From Gammaproteobacteria bacterium (lineage in GTDB: Bacteria > Pseudomonadota > Gammaproteobacteria > Ga0077536), in contig CBDCJB010000004.1 of NCBI GenBank assembly GCA_965217605.1, forward strand, positions 8,015 through 72,014: a stretch of DNA of 64,000 bases. The letters run 5' to 3'. How positions within the stretch are numbered: the stretch's first letter is position 1; every line of letters starts with the position of its first letter. Below are positions 1-8,384 of this stretch, one piece after another. The position numbers were made by a program, and so were the translations under genes. The notes under the pieces are model-generated. The model did no database searches, was not told the origin of the DNA, and saw only the letters and a list, made by a program, of their open reading frames with translations.

Positions 1-1
1 T

Positions 2-2437
2 TTGCTCAGAGAACGCCAGTCCCGCGACGTTGCTGCGGCGCTTATAGTAGAGTACCTCTCGAGGAAGGGATCGGACGGCCAGCGCGCGATCGTCGACGCG
101 GGATTCAATGCGTTTCGCGAGGTGTTCTATTCGGTTTACGATCCGATGGAACGATGTCGGGTCCTGTGCTTGCTGTATGTGCTCGCAGAGAAGGGTCTGC
201 TCAGTGCATCAGACACGGTGCGGAGCGACTTGTCCATAGGGATCAAGGATTCTCTTTCGGAGCTTGAGCCGGGATGGGGACGAATTGACGCGGGCTTTCG
301 AGTTGGTCGTGCTATAGCTGACTGGCGTCCGAAAGCGGCAAAGCAATACCTATGTGACGCCGAAGCTGAGCGCAGGAGAAACGCACTCTCTTCGCTTACT
401 TCTGAGTGGACGTATCAAACATGTTTGCGCTTGGCAATTCGCGCATTCGCAGGCCAACTCGGCCAAGGGTACGATGCCCAGGACGACATGTCGCGACTGG
501 AGCATCTGATAGAGAGAATACCTGGGACGTCTCTTCGAAGCCAGCTCTGGGCTGAACTTGCGATGCGCCTATTTCTACGTGAACATTCCGACGATGGTAG
601 ACGAGTGATGGGCGAACACGTGGTGCCTCTGATAGAAACTAGGCGTGAAGGGCCGGCGAGAGTGCATAGTATCATTTCCGTCGCGCCGGCGCTATACCGA
701 AATCATAAGACCACTGCGCTTCGGCTATTTGACAGTCTCGAAGGATACGAAAAGGATGCAGCACTCATAGCATGTGCTGAATTCATAATGAAAAAGTGCA
801 TCCCTTCAGATCCATATGAGACTCACGAAGCAGGCTACCAAATCGCCTACGAGGACGCTGTCGATGTCGCCGAGTTGGCGAGTAATATCAGTCAGGACAA
901 TCTGGTATATTCCCTAATCGTGGCCCTCGGCGATACGCTCGCTCCGTCGTCACGGTTTCCTGACGGATTAACTGAACAGCAAAAATCGGACGTTGCGCAG
1001 ATGATAGAAGATTTGGTGGCCTGTAAGTTTCCCGATCAAGAGAACATACGACATGACGGTTACGTTGTCGCTAGCAACGCTCAGCTCTTGCGGATCAACA
1101 AGGGCAAGCGACAGTCCTGGATCCAGGTAGTAGACCGAGCTCGGACTATTCCGAACAGGTCTGATCGGGCTTTCGTGTTGGCTATAATCGGCCAAGTACT
1201 TCCGGCTCGGGAAGCCAGGCGTCGCGAGGACGTGTTTAGGGAGGCTATAAGTGTCGCCGAGACGATTCCGTGTACCTATGATCGACTCGCGCGGCTGAAT
1301 CATCTGGCGGGAAAGATGGCACTGAAATGCCCGGAGCTGGCGCGGAAATGCCTAACTAATGCGATCGCGGGAGTCCGTAATGCTGGTGACGGCGCAGATT
1401 CTGGTGTCGTGAGAGATGTCATAGACACTGCTTTCAAGATTGACCCGGACTTTGCTGGTTCACTTGTCTCGCTAACGGACGACGATCCGGCCCGTTCGGT
1501 GACTCGGCATGAGATGAAGCGTCGGCTGGATACACTGCGAGGGAAGAAGGCTATCATTGATGAAGTAGAGTCATGGGAGGAGTTCGATCGAGGGAATCGG
1601 GAAATGCCTCGCTCAGCTTGGTTGGCTCTTGGGTCACTGAACGCTAGGAGGGCTAAAGCGGTGGGTATGGAACAGCTGAGGCCGGCGCTTCGGGCTGCGG
1701 GTCAGTACCCGCTTCGCGATGGGTATCCGATACTGGCGTGGGTGATCGAGAACGCGGTGCGGTGGTTCTCGGGAACTCCTCAATCACGGTCAGCAATTCG
1801 GATACTCTTTGAGGGAGCGATGCATGCAACGGAACTTGCGGAGAGTGCCGGAAATAGCGCTTCGGTGGCAGTCCGGGAAGGCGCCTCAATGGCTAGTACT
1901 CGACGGAGCGAGGAGAGTTTGGTAGTACAGCCCGGTGACAAGGAGGGTGCTGTGGAGTTCGTGAGAAAGTGGTTCGAACGATCGGCTTCGGAGTACGTCC
2001 ACATCTGTGATCAGTACTTTAGTCCGGATGAACTTGATCTATTGATGTTGGTACAGTCGGTGAATGCAAGTCTCGAAGTCGTTGTTCTTACAAGCCGACA
2101 CTGTCAGCAACAGAATGGAATTGCGTCGCTGCGCGACGCATACCAGGGGGGATGGAAACATATTTCTGATCAGAAGCCACCGAGAGCGGAGATCGTTGTG
2201 GTCGGAGTGGAGGGGTCAGAAAAATCGCCGATTCATGATCGGATTATTCTGAGCAAACAAGGAGGGATTAGCCTTGGTACCTCGTGGAAGTCGGTTGGGG
2301 CTAAACAGGATTCGATCTTGCGGGTCCTGTCCGAGAGGGAAGCAGCCGAGCTGTCTGAACGCGTTCAGCTGTTTATTGTACAGAGAAGACGAGAGTATGG
2401 CGGCGGAAGATTGTCTTACGAAACGGTAACGCTGTAG
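2..2437 (+). CDS. large uncharacterized protein, 5'-partial (>811 aa); long alpha-helical repeat N-region plus C-terminal ~170-aa region with a PLD-like signature (YVHICDQYF ... IHDRIILSKQGGISLGTS)
   Basis: ORF runs continuously from the window edge. It ends 170 bp upstream of hsdM copy 1 on the same strand. The C-terminal HxR...G.S pattern resembles the phospholipase-D/nuclease HxK...GSxN motif, but this is an inference and not a confirmed fold. Confidence 0.5.
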   Translation: MLRERQSRDVAAALIVEYLSRKGSDGQRAIVDAGFNAFREVFYSVYDPMERCRVLCLLYVLAEKGLLSASDTVRSDLSIGIKDSLSELEPGWGRIDAGFRVGRAIADWRPKAAKQYLCDAEAERRRNALSSLTSEWTYQTCLRLAIRAFAGQLGQGYDAQDDMSRLEHLIERIPGTSLRSQLWAELAMRLFLREHSDDGRRVMGEHVVPLIETRREGPARVHSIISVAPALYRNHKTTALRLFDSLEGYEKDAALIACAEFIMKKCIPSDPYETHEAGYQIAYEDAVDVAELASNISQDNLVYSLIVALGDTLAPSSRFPDGLTEQQKSDVAQMIEDLVACKFPDQENIRHDGYVVASNAQLLRINKGKRQSWIQVVDRARTIPNRSDRAFVLAIIGQVLPAREARRREDVFREAISVAETIPCTYDRLARLNHLAGKMALKCPELARKCLTNAIAGVRNAGDGADSGVVRDVIDTAFKIDPDFAGSLVSLTDDDPARSVTRHEMKRRLDTLRGKKAIIDEVESWEEFDRGNREMPRSAWLALGSLNARRAKAVGMEQLRPALRAAGQYPLRDGYPILAWVIENAVRWFSGTPQSRSAIRILFEGAMHATELAESAGNSASVAVREGASMASTRRSEESLVVQPGDKEGAVEFVRKWFERSASEYVHICDQYFSPDELDLLMLVQSVNASLEVVVLTSRHCQQQNGIASLRDAYQGGWKHISDQKPPRAEIVVVGVEGSEKSPIHDRIILSKQGGISLGTSWKSVGAKQDSILRVLSEREAAELSERVQLFIVQRRREYGGGRLSYETVTL

Positions 2438-2608
2438 CGGAAGGGTGTTTGTGGTCGGGTCAGAGAGAAAGCCATCGTGGCGTGAAGACAGGTGGTACGC
2501 GCGGGCGGCAAAACGAGATCGACCTCACTACAAGTGGGAAGGGTGACGATTGCCCGCGATCGGCATGGCACCAGTTCGGAGAACCAAGACGTGGAAGGGC
2601 GGGAGAGG

Positions 2609-3715
2609 ATGAGCAACGGCGACCTGAACTGGATCGCGAACTACATCTGGGGCATCGCCGCCGACGTCCTGCGCGACCTCTACGTGCGCGGCAAGTACCG
2701 CGACGTGATCCTGCCCATGACCGTGCTGCGCCGCCTCGACGCGGTGCTGGAGGGCAGCAAGCAGGCGGTCCTCGACATGAAGGCCGCCCTCGATGACGCC
2801 GGCGTGGTCGAGCAGGACGCCGCCCTGCGCCAGGCGGCGGGGCAGGCGTTCTACAACACCTCCCGCTTCACCCTGAGCGACCTGCGCGCCCGCGCCAACC
2901 GCCAGCAGCTCACCGCCGACTTCCAAGCGTACCTCGACGGGTTCTCGCCGAACGTGCAGGACATCCTGGACAACTTCGAGTTCCGCAACCAGATCCAGCG
3001 CCTGTCCCGCGCCGACGCCCTGGGCACCCTGATCGAGAAGCTCACCTCGCCCGACATCAACCTGAGCCCCGCCCCGGTGCATCACGCCGACGGCTCGGTC
3101 AAGCATCCCGGCCTCGACAACCACGGCATGGGCACGATCTTCGAGGAGCTGGTGCGCCGCTTCAACAAGGAGAACAACGAGGAGGCGGGAGAGCACTGGA
3201 CCCCGCGTGACGCGGTCCGGCTGATGGCGAAGCTGGTCTTCCTGCCCATCGCCGACCGGATCAGCTCCGGCACCTATCTGCTGTACGACGGCGCCTGCGG
3301 CACCGGCGGCATGCTGACCGTGGCCGAGGAGACGCTGCGACAGCTCGCCGCCGAGCACGGCAAGGAGGTCGCCACCCACCTGTGCGGACAGGAGATCAAC
3401 GCCGAGACCTACGCCATCTGCAAGGCCGACCTGCTGCTGAAAGGCGAGGGCGAGGCCGCCGACAACATCGTGGGCGGCCCCGAGCACTTCACGCTGTCCA
3501 ACGACGCCTTCCCGTCGCGCGAGTTCGACTTTATGCTGTCCAATCCGCCCTACGGCAAGAGCTGGAAGACCGACCTGGAGCGCATGGGCGGCAAGCGCGA
3601 CATGCGCGACCCCCGTTTCGTGATCGAGCACGCCGGCGACCCCGAGTACTCCCTGGTGACCCGCTCCACCGATATCGTGACAGACGGTCCGAAGGAGGTT
3701 GAACATGACGAGTGA
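2609..3715 (+). pseudogene. hsdM: Type I restriction-modification methyltransferase HsdM, copy 1, 3'-truncated (HsdM_N domain, motif I DGACGTGG, motif IV NPPYGKSW, then ends after ...TRSTD)
   Basis: N-terminus MSNGDLNWIANYIWG...VLPMTVLRRLD is typical of the HsdM N-terminal domain. The gamma-class N6-adenine MTase motifs are present, but only ~55 aa follow NPPY, so the C-terminal part is missing. Confidence 0.8.
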
Positions 3716-3887
3716 CGAAGTAAAACGGTTCGATTGTGTCAGGACCATGAGAGCTATTCGCGACCAAATCAGCGCCGAGATTGCTGAAAAGAGCTTCGCC
3801 GAGCTGTCCCACTGGCTCGATACGCACGGTTACGCGGATCCTGCGCTGCAACGGTTGGCGGAGCGACGCGGCCAACGGAACCCATGA
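3705..3887 (+). CDS. small conserved protein (60 aa, MTSDEVKRFDCVRTMRAIRDQ...WLDTHGYADPALQRLAERRG); first gene of cassette A
   Basis: GGAGG RBS 6 nt upstream of the ATG. Its stop overlaps the ATPase start as ATGA. A homolog sits at the same relative position after hsdM copy 2. Confidence 0.5.
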   Translation: MTSDEVKRFDCVRTMRAIRDQISAEIAEKSFAELSHWLDTHGYADPALQRLAERRGQRNP

Positions 3888-5137
3888 TCACACGCGTCGA
3901 GGCGCTCAATTTCCGCTGTCTGCGGTACGTGCACCGTCCGATGAACCCGTTCCACGTATTGGTCGGCCCGAACGCATCCGGCAAGACGACGTTCCTGGAC
4001 GTCATCGGGCTCCTGGGTGACATCGTGTCAGGCGGGCTGGATTACGCCCTGTCCGAGCGCACACCCAACCCGCAGGATCTGCTGTTCGGACGCCGCGGCA
4101 GCCGACTCGAACTTGCGGTGGAGGCGACCGTGCCCGACGCCCTTCGCCAACCCGATGCGCAGCAGTGGAACACGGTTCGCTATCAGGTGGCGCTCGGTTA
4201 CGATGACACCGACCGCCAGTTTGAGTTCAAGGCTGAGACGCTGCTGTTGAAGAAGGCCACCGAATCCGGGCCGAGTCAGCGCGAATTGTTCCCGACGCCG
4301 CCGGTGCCGCCCGAGTCGCTGTTGGACAGCATCAAGCAGCGCGACAACAAGGTGTTGGTCAACAAGGCGTCGGGCGGCAACGACAACTTCTACAACGAGT
4401 CCAGCCCCGCAAACCGAAGTTGGGCGCCGTCGTTCAAACTCGGAACGCAGCGGTCGGCGCTGGGCAACCTTCCGGCCGACCAAAGCTCGTTTCCGACGGC
4501 GACGTGGTTTCGGGAGTACCTTGGCGCCGGCATTCAGCGGTTCACCCTCAACAGTGCCGCGATCCGGCAGCCGAGTCCGCCGACGCGGGCCGCCGGATTC
4601 CTGCCCGACGGGTCCAACGTCTCCTGGGTCGCCGGCCGCCTCCGGCAAGACGACCCCGCGCGCCACGCTGCGTGGATCGCGCATCTGCGCACGGCGCTGC
4701 CCGACCTGGAAGACATTGAGGCGGTGGAGCGGCCCGAAGACCGCCATTGTTATATGGTGTACCGGTATGTTGGCGGCTTGTCCGTGCCGTCCTGGCTGGT
4801 CTCCGATGGCACGCTCAGGTTGACCGGTCTCACGCTGCCGGCCTATCTGCCCGATCTGGAAGGTGTCTTCCTGGTTGAGGAGCCGGAAAACGGCATCCAC
4901 CCGAAGGCGGTGGCCACGGTGTTCGATTCGCTGTCCTCGGTGTATGGCGCTCAGGTGTTGATGGCGACCCACTCACCGGTCGTGCTCAACGCGGCGAATA
5001 CGGAAGACGTGCTGTGCTTCGCGCGCGACGATGCGGGTGCGACCGACGTCGTCTCTGGTACCGAACATCCTCACCTGCAAGCTTGGCGGGGCGATGCGGA
5101 CCTCGGCACCCTGCTTGCGGCCGGCGTACTGGGATGA
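3884..5137 (+). CDS. AAA_15/AAA_21-type ABC ATPase (OLD/RloA/AbiLi-like): Walker A GPNASGKTT, Walker B VFLVEEPENGIHP, H-loop ATHSP
   Basis: Motifs were read directly from the translation. The gene is translationally coupled to both neighbours through ATGA overlaps. Confidence 0.8.
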   Translation: MITRVEALNFRCLRYVHRPMNPFHVLVGPNASGKTTFLDVIGLLGDIVSGGLDYALSERTPNPQDLLFGRRGSRLELAVEATVPDALRQPDAQQWNTVRYQVALGYDDTDRQFEFKAETLLLKKATESGPSQRELFPTPPVPPESLLDSIKQRDNKVLVNKASGGNDNFYNESSPANRSWAPSFKLGTQRSALGNLPADQSSFPTATWFREYLGAGIQRFTLNSAAIRQPSPPTRAAGFLPDGSNVSWVAGRLRQDDPARHAAWIAHLRTALPDLEDIEAVERPEDRHCYMVYRYVGGLSVPSWLVSDGTLRLTGLTLPAYLPDLEGVFLVEEPENGIHPKAVATVFDSLSSVYGAQVLMATHSPVVLNAANTEDVLCFARDDAGATDVVSGTEHPHLQAWRGDADLGTLLAAGVLG

Positions 5138-5583
5138 CCCGCCGGGACCTCGTGGTCCTTGCCGCCGACAAGGACTTGGAACACGCGTTGCGCGGGTTGC
5201 TGTCCCGTCACGAGTCGCTGCCCATCCGGCAGATCGTGTTCGATATCTTCGTACACCCCGAGCATGACGCCGCTTGTGCGAGGCGTGGCGTTTCGTTCCT
5301 CTCCCCGCTTTCCCAGCGGTACCGATACGCACTGCTGATCATGGATCACGAAGGCAGTGGCCGCGAGAAGATATCAGCAGATGACTTGCAGGAAGCGCTG
5401 AATCAAGAATTTCGGGTATCCGCATGGGGCGAGCGGGGCAAGGCAATCGTCCTGGACCCGGAGCTGGAGATCTGGGTCTGGAGCGACTCCCCACACGTCG
5501 ACGCCGTGGCCGGTTGGGCAGATAGAAGGCCGCGGCTGCGCCAGTGGCTGAACGATCATGGTCTGTGGGATGACCAAGAGTAG
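5134..5583 (+). CDS. small partner protein of the AAA ATPase (149 aa), DUF4276/RloB-like
   Basis: Start overlaps the ATPase stop (ATGA). Its size and position match the two-gene ATPase + DUF4276/RloB modules found in R-M-linked and abortive-infection loci. The family assignment is from memory, not from a search. Confidence 0.5.
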   Translation: MTRRDLVVLAADKDLEHALRGLLSRHESLPIRQIVFDIFVHPEHDAACARRGVSFLSPLSQRYRYALLIMDHEGSGREKISADDLQEALNQEFRVSAWGERGKAIVLDPELEIWVWSDSPHVDAVAGWADRRPRLRQWLNDHGLWDDQE

Positions 5584-5721
5584 AAACCACGGCGGCCAAA
5601 GGAGGCGTTTCATGCCGCCCTGCATGCGTCGGGTGTGGCGCGCAGCGCATCGCTCTACCAACAGCTCGCCGAACGAGTATCCCTCAACCGGTGCGGCGAT
5701 CGTTCCTGAATCAGCGCCAAC

Positions 5722-6378
5722 ATGAGCAAAGGCGACCTCAACTGGATCGCGAACTACATCTGGGGCTTTGCCGACGATGTCCTCCGCGACCTCTACGTGC
5801 GCGGGAAGTACCGCGACGTGATCCTGCCCATGACCGTGCTGCGCCGCCTCGACGCGGTGCTGGAGGGCAGCAAGCAGGCGGTCCTGGACATGAAGGCCAC
5901 CCTCGACGACGCCGCCGTGGTCGAGCAGGACGCCGCCCTGCGCCAGGCGGCTGGGCAGGCGTTCTACAACACCTCCCGCTTCACCCTGAGCGACCTGCGA
6001 GCCCGCGCCAACCGCCAGCAGCTCACCGCCGACTTCCAGGCGTACCTCGACGGGTTCTTCCCCAACGTGCAGGACATCCTCGACAACTTCGAGTTCCGCA
6101 ACCAGATCCCGCGCCTGTCCCGTGCCGACGCCCTGGGCACCCTGATCGAGAAGCTCACCGCACCCGACATCAACCTGAGCCCCACCCCGGTGCACCCCGC
6201 CGAGGGCTCGGTCAAGCATCCCGGCCTCGACGACCACGGCATGGGGACGATCTTCGAGGAGCTGGTGCGCCGCTTCAACGAGGAGAACAACGAGGAGGCG
6301 GGCGAGCACTGCGCCCCGCGCGACGCGGTCCGACTGACTGATGCCAGTGACGTACCGGCTCCGATACGAGGGAGGTAG
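5722..6378 (+). pseudogene. hsdM: hsdM copy 2, truncated after ~205 aa (HsdM_N domain only)
   Basis: ~93% nucleotide identity to copy 1 from 15 bp upstream of the ATG. It diverges at ...EHCAPRDAVRL and then reads into the RBS of the next small gene. Confidence 0.8.
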
Positions 6379-6382
6379 GAAC

Positions 6383-6685
6383 ATGACGACCACGCGAGAG
6401 AAGAAAGGATTCGACTGCGTGAAGACCACGCGCGAGATTCGTGATGGCCTCAGTGTCGAGTTGGCCGGGATGTCCCCTGAGGACCGGATCCGGTGGCTCA
6501 ATAGCAGGGGTTTCTCGGACCCGCTCCTGCGCCGCCTCGTCAATCGGCTGCGGCCACAGGAAGGTCGAGAGGGCGAGTCCGCTCTGGTGCGCTCGACCGG
6601 CAGCCCCTTGCCCCGACGCGATTCCGTCCGCCGCCCGCCAGGAAGCGAACGATCACGACCACGGAGGACTGACGGCATATCGTGA
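6383..6685 (+). CDS. small protein homologous to 3705-3887 (MTTTREKKGFDCVKTTREIRDGLSVELAGMSPEDRIRWLNSRGFSDPLLRRL...), with a longer Arg/Pro-rich tail
   Basis: GGAGGGAGG RBS. ~40% aa identity to the cassette-A small protein over the first 60 aa (shared KxFDCVxTxRxIRD...WL...G..DP.L.RL pattern). Confidence 0.45.
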   Translation: MTTTREKKGFDCVKTTREIRDGLSVELAGMSPEDRIRWLNSRGFSDPLLRRLVNRLRPQEGREGESALVRSTGSPLPRRDSVRRPPGSERSRPRRTDGIS

Positions 6686-6719
6686 AGCCCGCAAGGAAGA
6701 CGAAGTGACAACTGCCAAC

Positions 6720-7040
6720 TCAATCCCTCTTCCACCAAGAAGCCAAGTCGTACTGGTTCTGCAGGTCCAGCCAGAAGCGAGGGCTGTTGCCAAAGTAACG
6801 GCCAAGCCGCAGCGCCGTGTCAGCGGTGATCGACCGGCGTCCGTTCAGGATGTCGGTGATGCGACCGGACGGAACGCCAAGGTCAAGTGCCAGTCTGTTG
6901 GCCCTCAGGCGGCGGGCTTCGAGCTCGCGCTTGAGCAATCGGCCAGGATGCGAAGTCGGATCCACTTTCGTAACCTCCCTACATACCACGAGGCCCGGTG
7001 AACACCGTAACCCATCAGCGGCAGGCAGCCGGTTGACCAA
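6720..7040 (-). CDS. higA: HigA-family (XRE-type HTH) antitoxin-like protein; TTG start in the ORF track, true start possibly at the internal VTKVD
   Basis: ...HPGRLLKRELEARRLRANRLALDLGVPSGRITDILNGRRSITADTALRLGRYFGNSPRFWLDLQNQYDL matches the HigA antidote signature. No intact HigB partner upstream. Confidence 0.7.
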   Translation of the reverse strand: MVNRLPAADGLRCSPGLVVCREVTKVDPTSHPGRLLKRELEARRLRANRLALDLGVPSGRITDILNGRRSITADTALRLGRYFGNSPRFWLDLQNQYDLASWWKRD

Positions 7041-7176
7041 CCAGCCAGCCGCCCCCGCCGGTCGTAGAAGATGGCAGGTTGAAACGAACTACGCGGCGTG
7101 TGCGTGTGCACGGACGGGCCGCAGCCGCGGTTGCTGTCGGTCCGCGGTCTGGACACGGGGGCGGCCACCGAATTGA

Positions 7177-8037
7177 ATGAGCGCCAACATGAGCAACGGC
7201 GACCTGAACTGGATCGCGAACTACATCTGGGGCATCGCCGACGACGTCCTGCGCGATCTGTACGTGCGCGGCAAGTACCGCGACGTGATCCTGCCCATGA
7301 CCGTGCTGCGCCGCCTCGACGCGGTGCTGGAGGGCAGCAAGCAGGCCGTCCTCGACATGAAGGCCACCCTCGACGATGCCGGCGTGGTCGAGCAGGACCC
7401 CGCCCTGCGCCAGGCGGCGGGACAGGCGTTCTATAACATCTCCGGATTCACCCTCCGCGACCTGCGCGCCCGCGCCAACCGCCAGCAGCTCACTGCCGAC
7501 TTCCAGGCATACCTCGACGGGTTCTCGCCCAACGTGCAGGACATCCTCGAAAACTTCGAGTTCCGCAACCAGATCCCGCGCCTGTCCCGCGCTGACGCCC
7601 TGGGCACCCTGATCGAGAAGCTCACCTCGCCGGACATCAACCTGAGCCCCGCCCCGGTGCACCACGCCGACGGCTCGGTCAAGCATCCCGGCCTCGACAA
7701 CCACGGCATGGGCACGATCTTCGAGGAGCTGGTGCGCCGCTTCAACGAGGAGAACAACGAGGAGGCGGGCGAGCACTGGACGCCGCGCGACGCCGTCCGG
7801 CTGATGGCGAAGCTGGTCTTCCTGCCGATCGCCGACCAGGTCAGGTCCGGCACCTACCTGCTGTACGACGGCGCCTGCGGCACCGGCGGCATGCTGACCG
7901 TGGCCGAGGAGACCCTGCGGCAGCTCGCCCGCGAGCACGGCAAGGAGGTCGCCACCCACCTGTACGGCCAGGACATCAACGCCGAGAGCGCGGCCACCAT
8001 CTGTTGGAGCTGTACGATGGGCTTGAAGCGACGATAA
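7177..8037 (+). pseudogene. hsdM: hsdM copy 3, truncated after ~265 aa (HsdM_N + motif I), then unrelated sequence
   Basis: ~95% aa identity to copy 1 up to ...HLYGQDINAES (~7985), then divergence and a stop. Confidence 0.8.
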
Positions 8038-8306
8038 AAGCCGAGGCGCAGCAGTCGATTTCCGAGTTGCCGCCCTTGGGCGCGCCGAGTTGGATTGGCG
8101 AGGATCCGGACATTCGAGCATTGATAAGACAAGGAAACTCGAATTTTTCTGATTGGAGATATCTGCCCGAAAGACCACGTGTCGAGAGCGGTGTACCAAA
8201 GGTGCTGGTCAACGTCGTACAGGTGATGCAGAAGCTTTGTCTCAAGCGCGTTTTGCAATCTCCGGATGTCGCGAATGAAAAGCAAGATGGCGGAGAGTCC
8301 CCCTAG
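8004..8306 (+). CDS. gene fragment or short ORF of unknown origin, directly fused downstream of hsdM copy 3
   Basis: Open frame (TTG start) from the copy-3 junction. It is lower GC than hsdM and has no recognizable domain. Confidence 0.2.
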   Translation: MELYDGLEATIKAEAQQSISELPPLGAPSWIGEDPDIRALIRQGNSNFSDWRYLPERPRVESGVPKVLVNVVQVMQKLCLKRVLQSPDVANEKQDGGESP

Positions 8307-8384
8307 TACCGGATCATTTGGCGGACATGGCGGTCGCCTTCGAGTGCGAGCCGTTTTCCACGCCCGCCTCGCCTTGCTCACGGT

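Noticed and set aside
2528-3748. 406-aa minus-strand ORF, and similar long antisense ORFs at 5374-6738 and 7015-8199
   Set aside because: They are mirror images of the GC-rich hsdM copies on the opposite strand. Their composition is Ala/Gly/Val/Arg-rich antisense junk, with no independent evidence.
4028-4972. 314-aa minus-strand ORF inside the AAA ATPase gene
   Set aside because: Antisense to a well-supported gene. Typical high-GC shadow ORF.
7040-7170. HigB/RelE-like toxin upstream of higA
   Set aside because: Only a short DRRGRLAGWS-like trace in one frame. There is no continuous ORF and no WSV...GNWR motif, so I treat it as absent or degraded and not as a feature.
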